A stretch of 32,000 nucleotides of DNA from Acaryochloris marina MBIC11017 (lineage in GTDB: Bacteria; Cyanobacteriota; Cyanobacteriia; Thermosynechococcales; Thermosynechococcaceae). The translations under genes and the position numbers were made by a program. The notes beneath the pieces are model-generated. The model saw only the letters and a list, made by a program, of their open reading frames with translations. It ran no database searches and was not told where the DNA came from. Positions 10,194-18,192 of the stretch are shown here, in pieces (within the stretch, counting starts at the first letter, position 1; the number at the start of each line of letters is the position of its first letter). The stretch spans positions 870,001-902,000 of the forward strand of contig NC_009925.1 in assembly GCF_000018105.1 (NCBI RefSeq), in the 5' to 3' direction.

Positions 10194-10244
10194 GGGTCAA
10201 AGCAGAATTAGGTATGCCTAAGCCAGCTTTGACCCGCCATTTTT
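10194..10244 (+). terminator. Intra-operon hairpin with T-tract between the MCP and cheA (candidate partial terminator or attenuator)
   Basis: GGGTCAAAGC (10194-10203) pairs with GCTTTGACCC (10226-10235). An inner TTAGG/CCTAA helix lies within the loop. GCCATTTTTAT follows the stem. Confidence 0.4.
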
Positions 10245-10329
10245 ATACAACACCCAACAAGATTGAGTCCATCTTGATATCGGGTGCAGGCTATTTGCCG
10301 AGTTAATCATTGGTACTGAGAGATAAACC

Positions 10330-13300
10330 ATGTCCCACGATAGTGAACAGGAAGTTCGCCTTCAGTTTCTGGAAGAGGCCTTTGAGCATTGCCACCAAAT
10401 TGAATCGGGCCTTCTGGGAATAGGCAGCAATGGGGTTGATCGACAACAAATAGACGGCGTCTTGCGAGCTGCCCACTCCGTCAAGGGGGGAGCCGCCTTA
10501 ATGGGCTTCCACAACCTGAGCCATTTGGCCCACCGTCTGGAAGATTTTTTCAAAGTCCTTAAAATCGGTAAAGTCCAGGTAGATGGCGAAACCGAAAGCC
10601 TATTGCTAACGGGCATGGATTTCATGCGTCAGGTCGCAACCCTGAATCAACAGGGAGATGACGTTGACGAACAGTGGCTAGAAACCCAGGCCAACCCAGT
10701 GATGGAACAACTCCATGATCTGCTGGGTGACCCCCAACCCGAGGACGAAGCCTCCCTGCTCTCCTCTGAGGTGGGGGAAGATATGAGCATTGTGCTCTTT
10801 GAGTCTGAAGTAGAAGAATGCTTGACTCGGCTAGAAGAGCAAGTTGCGAGCCAAGATGCGAGTATTATTGTTGCCGAATTTGATTCCACCCTGGAGGAAT
10901 TGGGTGGATTAGGAGAAATGCTGGATATGGCAGCATTTCATGGGTTGTGCATGTCGACAATGCAATACCTCAAAGCCACCAATGATCCTGATCAGCAACT
11001 CAAAATTGCTGAAGTGGGCTTACAAGAATTACGGCGATCGCAAGCCATGGTCTTGGTGGGCCAAAAAGATGCCATTCCTGCGACTTTGGATCTGAGTTCC
11101 CTTGGAGACATCGCAGATGCCATCCCTCAACCGGCTGATGCATCCGCGGATCCAATGCCTGATGAAGCGGATCCATTTGCAGGCCTTGATTTATCTTTAG
11201 AACCGCTGGATTTAGGCGTGACCGATTCAGCAGACTCCGACTTGTTTGCTGGGGCTGACTTAGCCTTAGAGTCCCAAGATTTAGAAGCGACTGCAGAAGC
11301 GGATCTATTTGCAGGAGCCGATTTAGCTTTAGAACCTCAGGATTTGGAGGTGGCTTCAGTTGCAGAAACTGATCTGTTTGCAGGGGCGGAGCTAACCTTA
11401 GAGGCTCAAGATTTAGAGGCGGTTGCTCCCCTCGAAGCGGCTTCCCCAGAAGAGACGGTTCCAGAACAGGAAGAAGAGCCACAGCTAGCTCCCACGGCAG
11501 ATCTGGATGCTTTTGCCAATGTGGACTTGACCGATATTGCCGAAGAAATTGAGGCGCTTGCCCCCGACAACATGGCGCTGCCTGCTGAAGGTGAGACCGC
11601 AACACCTCAGAAAGAAATAGCAGAAGAGGTCGAGTGGTCTGAGTCATTTGCGGCAGAAGCGGTTGACCTGATTAGCTCCCTTGATTCTGCTGCGCCTGAA
11701 CCGCCTGTAAGTGCCCCCGTAGAAGCCCCCAAACCGGTTGAGCGTAAACCTGCTCGCAAACGGACCTCTACTCGGACGGTTGCCAAACCCATGGCGACGG
11801 GTGCTGCAGCTCCAGAGACAGCAGATACAACCATTCGAGTTCCCGTGAGTAAGCTTAATCAACTCAATGAGCTATTTGGAGAACTGATTATTGAACGGAA
11901 CGGACTGCAAATGCAATTAAAGCAGTTGCGAGATCTGACCGAACTGTTGCGAGACCGAGTCCACAACTTAGATCAATCCAATGCTCAATTGCGAGCAGCC
12001 TACGACAAAATTTCAGTGCAGGAGGTGTCTGCCCAAGCGGCCCCTGCCATGGCTGTTCCGGCTGGCGTTGGCGGCCAAACTAATGGCTCGTCTGCCCCAA
12101 CTAGCTATAGTAATCCTCATCTCGATAGTGATTTTGATTTACTGGAGATGGACCGCTACAGTGAAATGCACTTGCTCTCTCAGGAATTGATGGAGGCCGC
12201 GGTCCAAATTCAAGAGGTGACTGGGGATATCAATACCAGTTTGGGGGATGCAGAACAAACCACACGAGGACTGACCCGAACCTCAAAACTGATTCAGACC
12301 AGTATGACGCAGGTGAGAATGCGTCCGGTCTCCGAATTGCTGAGTCGTTTCCCCCGAGTCTTACGGGATTTGAGCTTACGATTTGGCAAGCAGGTAGAGC
12401 TGAAGGTTGTTGGGGGGTCAACCCTGGTAGACCGCTCGATTTTGGAATCACTGAATGATCCGCTGATTCACTTAATTCGCAATTCCTTTGACCATGGGAT
12501 AGAAAAGCCTGAAGCACGGGTTGCCGCTGGTAAATCGCCTAAAGGCGTTATCGAAATTCGGGCTACCTATCGAGGCAACCAAACTCAAATTACCATCAAG
12601 GATGATGGGGGCGGCATTAACCTCGATAAGATCAAAAATCGAGCGATGGAAATGGGGTTAGATGCGGAAGATCTGCGGAATGCCAGCACCAGCGACTTAC
12701 TCGATTTGATTTTTGAACCTGGATTTAGTACCGCTTCAGCCGTGACGGACCTATCTGGCCGAGGCGTTGGTATGGACGTGGTGCGCACCAATTTACAGAA
12801 AATTCGGGGTTCGATTGCGGTTGATACAGAAACAGGGGTCGGCACGACCTTCACGATTTCAGTGCCCTTTACCCTATCGGTCATTCGGGTGCTACTCGTT
12901 GAAGTGGCTAATATGATGTTGGCCTTCCCCACAGATATCGTCGAAGAGATGATGCTCTTGAACTCTGAAGATGTTCTAGATAGCGCCGGGGCCGAAGTCC
13001 TGAATTGGGATGGAGAAATGGTGCCGTTGGTCCGGCTCAATCAGTGGTTAAAACTGCCCCGGATTGCGAAATTACCCGATACAGAACAGACCCCCAGTAT
13101 TAACTCTCCTACTGTGTTGATGGTGGAAGATGGCAATGAGCTGGTGGGCCTACAGGTGGATCGCTACTGGAGTGAACAGGAAGTCACCATTCGTCAGGCC
13201 GAGGGGAATATTGCCATGCCGGAAGGCTTTGCAGGCTGTACGATTTTGGGGGATGGTCGAGTTATTCCCCTGGTTGATGCCCTGAGCCTACTGAACTGGA

Positions 13301-13767
13301 TGAATGATCGTAATAATGATTTCACCGGTAGCTCTAGTGCTTTGGCCGATGCATTATCTGGATCTGACGATCCAATCGTGGATACAGCCCCCCAACAAGC
13401 GTTGGTGATGGTGGTAGATGATTCCGTCAATGTGCGCCGATTCCTAGCCTTGACCCTAGAAAAGGCGGGATATCGCGTTGAGCAGGCTAAAGATGGCCAA
13501 CATGCCTTAGAAAAACTCGAATCGGGCCTACCGATCCAGGCCGTGGTTTGTGATATTGAAATGCCTCGGATGGACGGCTATGGGTTCTTGGCCCATGTCA
13601 AGGCCAAGCCTAACTTAAAGTCGATTCCGGTGGCGATGCTGACATCGCGAAGTGGGGATAAGCATCGAAAGTTGGCGATGACTCTGGGGGCGTCTGCTTA
13701 TTTCTCCAAACCCTTTAGGGAGAAAGAGCTGCTGCAAACCCTTGAGCAGTTTACCCAAGCAAAATGA
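10330..13767 (+). CDS. cheA: Hybrid chemotaxis histidine kinase CheA (Hpt, long acidic linker, dimerisation, HATPase, CheW-like, C-terminal REC); PilL/TaxAY/HmpE class
   Basis: 1145 aa. The Hpt motif is AHSVKGGAALMGF. The kinase boxes are DPLIHLIRNSFDHGIE (N), DDGGGI (G1), FEPGFST (F) and GRGVGMDVV (G2). A CheW-like P5 domain is followed by a REC domain (VMVVDDSVNVRR ... VVCDIEMPRMDGYGF ... PVAMLTS ... SKPF). Confidence 0.92.
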   Translation: MSHDSEQEVRLQFLEEAFEHCHQIESGLLGIGSNGVDRQQIDGVLRAAHSVKGGAALMGFHNLSHLAHRLEDFFKVLKIGKVQVDGETESLLLTGMDFMRQVATLNQQGDDVDEQWLETQANPVMEQLHDLLGDPQPEDEASLLSSEVGEDMSIVLFESEVEECLTRLEEQVASQDASIIVAEFDSTLEELGGLGEMLDMAAFHGLCMSTMQYLKATNDPDQQLKIAEVGLQELRRSQAMVLVGQKDAIPATLDLSSLGDIADAIPQPADASADPMPDEADPFAGLDLSLEPLDLGVTDSADSDLFAGADLALESQDLEATAEADLFAGADLALEPQDLEVASVAETDLFAGAELTLEAQDLEAVAPLEAASPEETVPEQEEEPQLAPTADLDAFANVDLTDIAEEIEALAPDNMALPAEGETATPQKEIAEEVEWSESFAAEAVDLISSLDSAAPEPPVSAPVEAPKPVERKPARKRTSTRTVAKPMATGAAAPETADTTIRVPVSKLNQLNELFGELIIERNGLQMQLKQLRDLTELLRDRVHNLDQSNAQLRAAYDKISVQEVSAQAAPAMAVPAGVGGQTNGSSAPTSYSNPHLDSDFDLLEMDRYSEMHLLSQELMEAAVQIQEVTGDINTSLGDAEQTTRGLTRTSKLIQTSMTQVRMRPVSELLSRFPRVLRDLSLRFGKQVELKVVGGSTLVDRSILESLNDPLIHLIRNSFDHGIEKPEARVAAGKSPKGVIEIRATYRGNQTQITIKDDGGGINLDKIKNRAMEMGLDAEDLRNASTSDLLDLIFEPGFSTASAVTDLSGRGVGMDVVRTNLQKIRGSIAVDTETGVGTTFTISVPFTLSVIRVLLVEVANMMLAFPTDIVEEMMLLNSEDVLDSAGAEVLNWDGEMVPLVRLNQWLKLPRIAKLPDTEQTPSINSPTVLMVEDGNELVGLQVDRYWSEQEVTIRQAEGNIAMPEGFAGCTILGDGRVIPLVDALSLLNWMNDRNNDFTGSSSALADALSGSDDPIVDTAPQQALVMVVDDSVNVRRFLALTLEKAGYRVEQAKDGQHALEKLESGLPIQAVVCDIEMPRMDGYGFLAHVKAKPNLKSIPVAMLTSRSGDKHRKLAMTLGASAYFSKPFREKELLQTLEQFTQAK
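11170..11418 (+). repeat. Four tandem protein-level repeats (20-23 aa) within the CheA linker
   Basis: The units are DPFAGLDLSLEPLDLGVTDSADS, DLFAGADLALESQDLEATAEA, DLFAGADLALEPQDLEVASVAET and DLFAGAELTLEAQDLE. The DNA copies differ at many synonymous positions while the peptide motif is kept. Confidence 0.8.
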
Positions 13768-13786
13768 TTGTGAGTGATTGAACGCT

Positions 13787-14320
13787 ATGGCTATTTTTTC
13801 ATCGGTGCGATCGCAACGGGGTGCGAACCGCAATACCGAAGCAACTGAACAGCTCATTGCCTTCCGACTTCGGGAAGAATGGTTTGCATTACCCGTCGCG
13901 GCGGTGCAGAAAGTGATCCCTTTAGGAACCCTGCATGGCGATCCAAACCACACGGGTATTGGTTTAACCCTCCACCAAGGCCAAGAAATCACCGTCGTGG
14001 ATGTGGGACATCGGATTTTCAATGAGGCTGCTTCATCTTCGGCAGCAAAGGCTCTAGAAGCGCCTTCCCCCTTGGAAGCAGATAATGCCCAAGTTTCCCA
14101 GCGATGTCTCGTCATCGTAAAAACGGGAGAAGAAGGGGTTGTGGGTGTGCCGATTGATTCTCAACCCACCATTCGCCGAGCCGGGAAGTCCCAGTTTGCC
14201 CCGTTACCCAGTTCTTACCTGAGCCGGGGAAATATCCATTGCGTCAGTTCTATGATTGTGGATGATGGAGGAGTGGAGCCTTTATTCCTACTCGATCCAG
14301 AACAACTAGCCTCCGTTTAA
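13787..14320 (+). CDS. cheW: Second CheW-like coupling protein
   Basis: LIAFRLREEWFALPVAAVQKVIPL..HGDPN..GIGLTLHQGQEITVVDV is a CheW-domain pattern. A low-complexity insert (AASSSAAKALEAPSP) is present. ATG 13787 is preferred over the track's TTG at 13778. The gene starts about 20 nt after the cheA stop. Confidence 0.75.
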   Translation: MAIFSSVRSQRGANRNTEATEQLIAFRLREEWFALPVAAVQKVIPLGTLHGDPNHTGIGLTLHQGQEITVVDVGHRIFNEAASSSAAKALEAPSPLEADNAQVSQRCLVIVKTGEEGVVGVPIDSQPTIRRAGKSQFAPLPSSYLSRGNIHCVSSMIVDDGGVEPLFLLDPEQLASV

Positions 14321-14781
14321 GTCTCTTCATTAGATATAAGTGGCAGACATTAAGTGGCGAAGAACTGCGGTTTATGTCGCTGCTTATGGGGGCTAGGGAT
14401 TGGCTTTGCTTGAGTTTAAAACAAGCGAAACATCTAACTGTTTATGGAGGTAAAAGCCTCCATTATTCCTTAGAGATATTTTTAAAAATGGCATCACCCC
14501 CAAGGGATGACTCAATCAGGGATCTGCAAGAAGGAGTGACTTTAATTTGCAGCAGGGTTCCATTTAAACCCATGAAAAAATCCAAGCATAAGGAGAAAAT
14601 AGTATCCTCCTAATGATGTCTTGGAGTGGTTATTGGTTGCCAAACTCCTCTATCCAATTTTCCTAGGAATTTTGAGGATAAGTAGGCAAATATTTAAGAT
14701 TTTTCACGGTTGATTGGCCAAACCTGATTGCTAAATTAGGCCATCAATTTTGAGACATTCACCCTCAAGGCAAGCTCACAC

Positions 14782-15066
14782 CTATATGGGGCGACCTCGG
14801 TACATTCTTTGAGCTTTGTTGCTTGGGGCTGATGGGGGGGGAGACTGAGCTGTGGCTTGTGAAGGGGGAGACTGGGGCGCACTACCTGCGAACACCAACT
14901 GATCGCCAGCCACAACAACTTGCGAAGATTTCAACATTGAGTTCAAACTGGCCCAAGTTTGGTCAGGGTTTGCTTGTAACCAGGCTTCTGCCATTACGGT
15001 TGCTTCAGGTTTAGGCACCTTATAGCGCATTTGCAAGGCAACGAGTACTTTAAGGCGATCGTCCAT
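14782..15066 (-). CDS. Hypothetical protein (94 aa) with a Pro/Ser/Gln-rich C-terminus; coding status uncertain
   Basis: ORF only, with no family recognised. It contains a G8/C8 homopolymer (14834-14841). An overlapping alternative-frame ORF (14736..14918) exists, so a frameshift or non-coding status is possible. Confidence 0.3.
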   Translation of the reverse strand: MDDRLKVLVALQMRYKVPKPEATVMAEAWLQANPDQTWASLNSMLKSSQVVVAGDQLVFAGSAPQSPPSQATAQSPPPSAPSNKAQRMYRGRPI

Positions 15067-15931
15067 TCTATATTCCTTCAGAGTTTAATAAACCGATAGC
15101 TTTGGAAGAATACTGTTAGGTATTTAATATCATCAATATGATATCAATACTAGACCATTCTTAGGGTACCCATTTTACGGATTAGATATTCATATCCAGA
15201 TTTAATTATTCTTATAAGAATATGCAGTTTATGCAATAGAAAATAAAAAACACATTACCCAATCTTCTCCTTATTAGACTGTTCAAACCCCTGCAAAAGG
15301 CTGACTAAAAGGTAGTCTATTCATGATTGAGATTGGATTTCACCTTCTAAATTCTATTCAAATTTATAGAGAATTCTTTCACGCCCTGCAAGTATCAAAG
15401 AATAGAAGCATGGTTAATAAAAAACTATACTGACTCTTAATCAGGACGTTTACATTTTTTGATTAAGCTTGGCGGTAATTCGTCCCAGACTCTCAACGGA
15501 CAAAGCAGGTCTCTATGTCACGGAATATTGACTCTAGTTGAGTCAACAATAATTTCTGTAAAAGCCTTATGCAGGGGGCTAGATATCCATTGGACTCTTT
15601 GAATAATCTGGTGATATGGCAAAACGTATTCCAGAAAAGGGCATACTCAACATGTGATTTGTCTAGAGATTAAGCATGGGAGCATTAGTGATTCAATCCC
15701 ACAAAGTTTAGGTGTTTTTACACATCTACAGAACACCCAGACCCATTGGATTGAAGGACTAGTCTGGACAAAGATTTGATAGTTGTGTGTGTCTGTCCCA
15801 ATGATGATTCTCTTGCTAGATAAACAACTGTGTGAATGAGGTCAAGGAGCTGTAAAGCACTCATGTCTAGAAATTTAAAGCCTAAGCCACCCGGCCAGCC
15901 GCGCCATCGACGCGCCTCTCGGCGTTGGTCA

Positions 15932-17341
15932 ATGTTGAAAAAACCGATTTATTTATATTTAACTGCGGCCATTCTATTGGTATGGAGCAGTGCAGCGGTT
16001 GCTCAAGAAGCCCCTGCATCTGTTTTTTCTGGCGAAGCTAAAGTCGTTGCAGACACCATTTGGGTGCTCTTTGCAGCTTCCCTCGTATTCTTTATGAATG
16101 CTGGCTTTGCCATGCTGGAAACGGGGCTTTGTCGGAGTAAAAATGCGGTCAACCTGCTGGCAAAAAACCTGATTGTGTTTGGTTTGGTGAGTTTGGCTTA
16201 CTGGGCCGTAGGGTTTGGCATCATGTTTGGCGACGGCAATGAGTTTATGGGGACGACTGGCTTTTTCTTGGGAGGCAACGACAACAGTCCCGCCATTGGT
16301 GAAGCCTATGATGGTGTATTTTCTGCCCTCAATTGGGCTGGGATTCCCCTCAACGCCAAATTTTTCTACCAATTGATGTTTGCCGGTACTGCAGCCACCA
16401 TCGTGTCTGGTGCGATTGCTGAGCGAGCCAGATTTGTTGGATTCTTTATTTTTAGTATTTTGTTAACCTCCATTTGCTATCCCATGGTGGGCCATTGGGT
16501 TTGGGGCGGTGGCTTCCTGCAAAAGATGGGGTTTTATGACTTTGCAGGCTCTACCGTGGTCCATATGGTCGGAGGATGGGCTGCCCTAGTGGGTGCTGCA
16601 TTGATTGGCCCCCGAACAGCTCGCTATTTTGAAGGCAAAAGCTATCCCATTCCGGGCCATAACCTCAGTATCGCGACACTGGGTGGATTGATTTTATGGT
16701 TAGGTTGGTTTGGATTTAATGGTGGCAGCACGATGGCTGCTGACCCAGCTGCCATTAGCCATATTATTGTGATCACCAACCTTGCTGGTGCTGCGGGTGG
16801 TGTGGCAGGTACTATCACGGCCTGGATCTATTTCGGTAAGCCTGACTTAACCATGACCATCAACGGTATGCTAATTGGCTTGGTGAGTATCACTGCAGGC
16901 TGCGCTTTTGTGACATCCGGTAGTGCCGTTTTGATCGGCTTTGTTGGCGGTATAGTTGTCGTCTTTGCCGTTGACGTCTTTGATAACTTCAAAATTGACG
17001 ACCCTGTGGGTGCTTTATCTGTCCATATGGTGGGAGGCTTCTGGGGGACTCTAGCGGTTGGCCTGTTTAGTGTCGGTCCAGAGAAGTTTAGTTGGTACAC
17101 TGCCGATTCTGGTCCTGCTATGGGTCTGTTATCGGGTGGTTCTTTTAGCCAAGTCGGTATTCAACTTCTAGGTCTAGCGATTGTCAGTGGTTTTACAGTG
17201 GCTTTTAGCTATATTGTGTGGACTGCCCTCAAATATCTCTCAGGTATTCGAGTCACCCTGGAAGACGAGAAACTCGGTTTGGATCTTAGCGAACATGCCA
17301 TGGAAGCCTATCCTGGTTTCTTAGGAGATGAGCATCTTTAA
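15932..17341 (+). CDS. amt: Ammonium transporter (Amt family) with N-terminal signal peptide
   Basis: Many TM helices and Amt signatures: FFMNAGFAMLETG, FAGTAATIVSGAIAERARF, DFAGSTVVHMVGGWAALVGA, GWFGFNGGS and ALSVHMVGGFWGTLAVGLF. I prefer ATG 15932 (MLKKPIYLYL...AAVAQEA signal-like) over the Arg-rich extension from 15836. Confidence 0.92.
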   Translation: MLKKPIYLYLTAAILLVWSSAAVAQEAPASVFSGEAKVVADTIWVLFAASLVFFMNAGFAMLETGLCRSKNAVNLLAKNLIVFGLVSLAYWAVGFGIMFGDGNEFMGTTGFFLGGNDNSPAIGEAYDGVFSALNWAGIPLNAKFFYQLMFAGTAATIVSGAIAERARFVGFFIFSILLTSICYPMVGHWVWGGGFLQKMGFYDFAGSTVVHMVGGWAALVGAALIGPRTARYFEGKSYPIPGHNLSIATLGGLILWLGWFGFNGGSTMAADPAAISHIIVITNLAGAAGGVAGTITAWIYFGKPDLTMTINGMLIGLVSITAGCAFVTSGSAVLIGFVGGIVVVFAVDVFDNFKIDDPVGALSVHMVGGFWGTLAVGLFSVGPEKFSWYTADSGPAMGLLSGGSFSQVGIQLLGLAIVSGFTVAFSYIVWTALKYLSGIRVTLEDEKLGLDLSEHAMEAYPGFLGDEHL

Positions 17342-17397
17342 AAGATAGAGCTAAAAAATAGGGCTAGATTTTAGAATCTAATCACTATTCAATATAG

Positions 17398-17428
17398 AAA
17401 AGCGGCTGTCGATGACAGCCGCTTTTTA
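17398..17428. terminator. Bidirectional rho-independent terminator between the convergent amt and DUF2996-like genes
   Basis: AAAAGCGGCTGTC-GAT-GACAGCCGCTTTTTAA: a 10-bp GC-rich stem flanked by an A-run and a T-run. Confidence 0.8.
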
Positions 17429-17462
17429 ATTCCGAAAATCATGAATTGGCTATTGCAGAAAC

Positions 17463-17861
17463 TTAATTTCCGCCCAACCATTTCTGTGCGTCGAGCCGCT
17501 GAACCACTCCGAACACCAGTAAGTCGAGGGTGATCTTTCGTTCATCCCCTAAAAAGGGTTCGATGGTGCTGGGGTTGCTGCCCGTATTCGACCAGGAAAA
17601 GGCTCGCTGCTTTTTGATGTCGCCTTCCGGGAAGTACACCGTAAACTGGCGAGTGCCGTTTAACCATTCGCCCGTGATATTGTTATCGGCAAAGTTTAGC
17701 TGTAAATCGCTAATGTCTTTAGCCGCTAAAGCCTTTTCTAGGGCAGGAAGATAGTCTTGCTGAATAAACTCGGCAAAGGGCTTATCTTCTAGCTTGGGCT
17801 TTTTCTCTTTGGGTTTCGCTGCAGGTGCTGCGTCAGCGGCTTTCTTTTCTGCTTCTGCCAT
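17463..17861 (-). CDS. Conserved cyanobacterial protein, DUF2996-like, with a Lys/Ala-rich N-terminal tail
   Basis: 132-aa ORF. KPFAEFIQQDYLPALEKAL...FTVYFPEGDI...STIEPFL resembles the DUF2996 family as I remember it. It lies 12 nt downstream of the sulfur-carrier gene on the same strand. Confidence 0.55.
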   Translation of the reverse strand: MAEAEKKAADAAPAAKPKEKKPKLEDKPFAEFIQQDYLPALEKALAAKDISDLQLNFADNNITGEWLNGTRQFTVYFPEGDIKKQRAFSWSNTGSNPSTIEPFLGDERKITLDLLVFGVVQRLDAQKWLGGN

Positions 17862-17873
17862 AGGTTTATTGGT

Positions 17874-18149
17874 TTATCCCCCTGCGATCGCAGGAATGAT
17901 ACTAACTTCATCGCCGTCTTTGAGGGCCGTTTGTTGTCCCTCTAAAAAACGGATATCTTCATTATTTACATAAAAGTTGACGAAGCGGCGTAATTCGCCT
18001 TGCTCATCACAAAGACGGGCTTTAATTCCGGGGCAATTTTGCTCCAAGGATTCTAGCAATTCGCCAATGCTGCTGCCGTCACATTCGACGGTGGCCTGAT
18101 TTTTGGTCAGCTTTTGTAAAGGCGTAGGGATAAGGACAGTAACGGACAT
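17874..18149 (-). CDS. MoaD/ThiS-family ubiquitin-like sulfur carrier protein, CysO-like, ending in Gly-Gly
   Basis: [11 protein letters not shown]...[14 protein letters not shown]...[14 protein letters not shown] closely parallels my recollection of Mycobacterium tuberculosis CysO (MNVTVSIPT...RFVNIYVNDEDVRF...DGDSVTILPAVAGG). I prefer ATG 18149; the track ORF starts at a TTG at 18164. Confidence 0.85.
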   Translation of the reverse strand: MSVTVLIPTPLQKLTKNQATVECDGSSIGELLESLEQNCPGIKARLCDEQGELRRFVNFYVNNEDIRFLEGQQTALKDGDEVSIIPAIAGG

Positions 18150-18192
18150 AGGATTCAACTGCAATAGAGAAACAAATGAAACGACGAACCGC

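Noticed and set aside
10362-13430. Antisense ORFs inside cheA, for example 11000..11647(-) of 215 aa and 12585..13040(-) of 151 aa, plus similar ones inside the MCP
   Set aside because: They overlap a gene with unambiguous domain motifs on the plus strand and show no motifs of their own. This is typical antisense openness in moderately GC-rich coding DNA.
14374-14613. 79-aa plus-strand ORF after the second cheW
   Set aside because: It has no recognisable family. It spans a hairpin (ATGGAGG-TAAAAG-CCTCCAT, 14444-14463) that may terminate the che operon, and its composition is unlike that of neighbouring genes. I left it unannotated.
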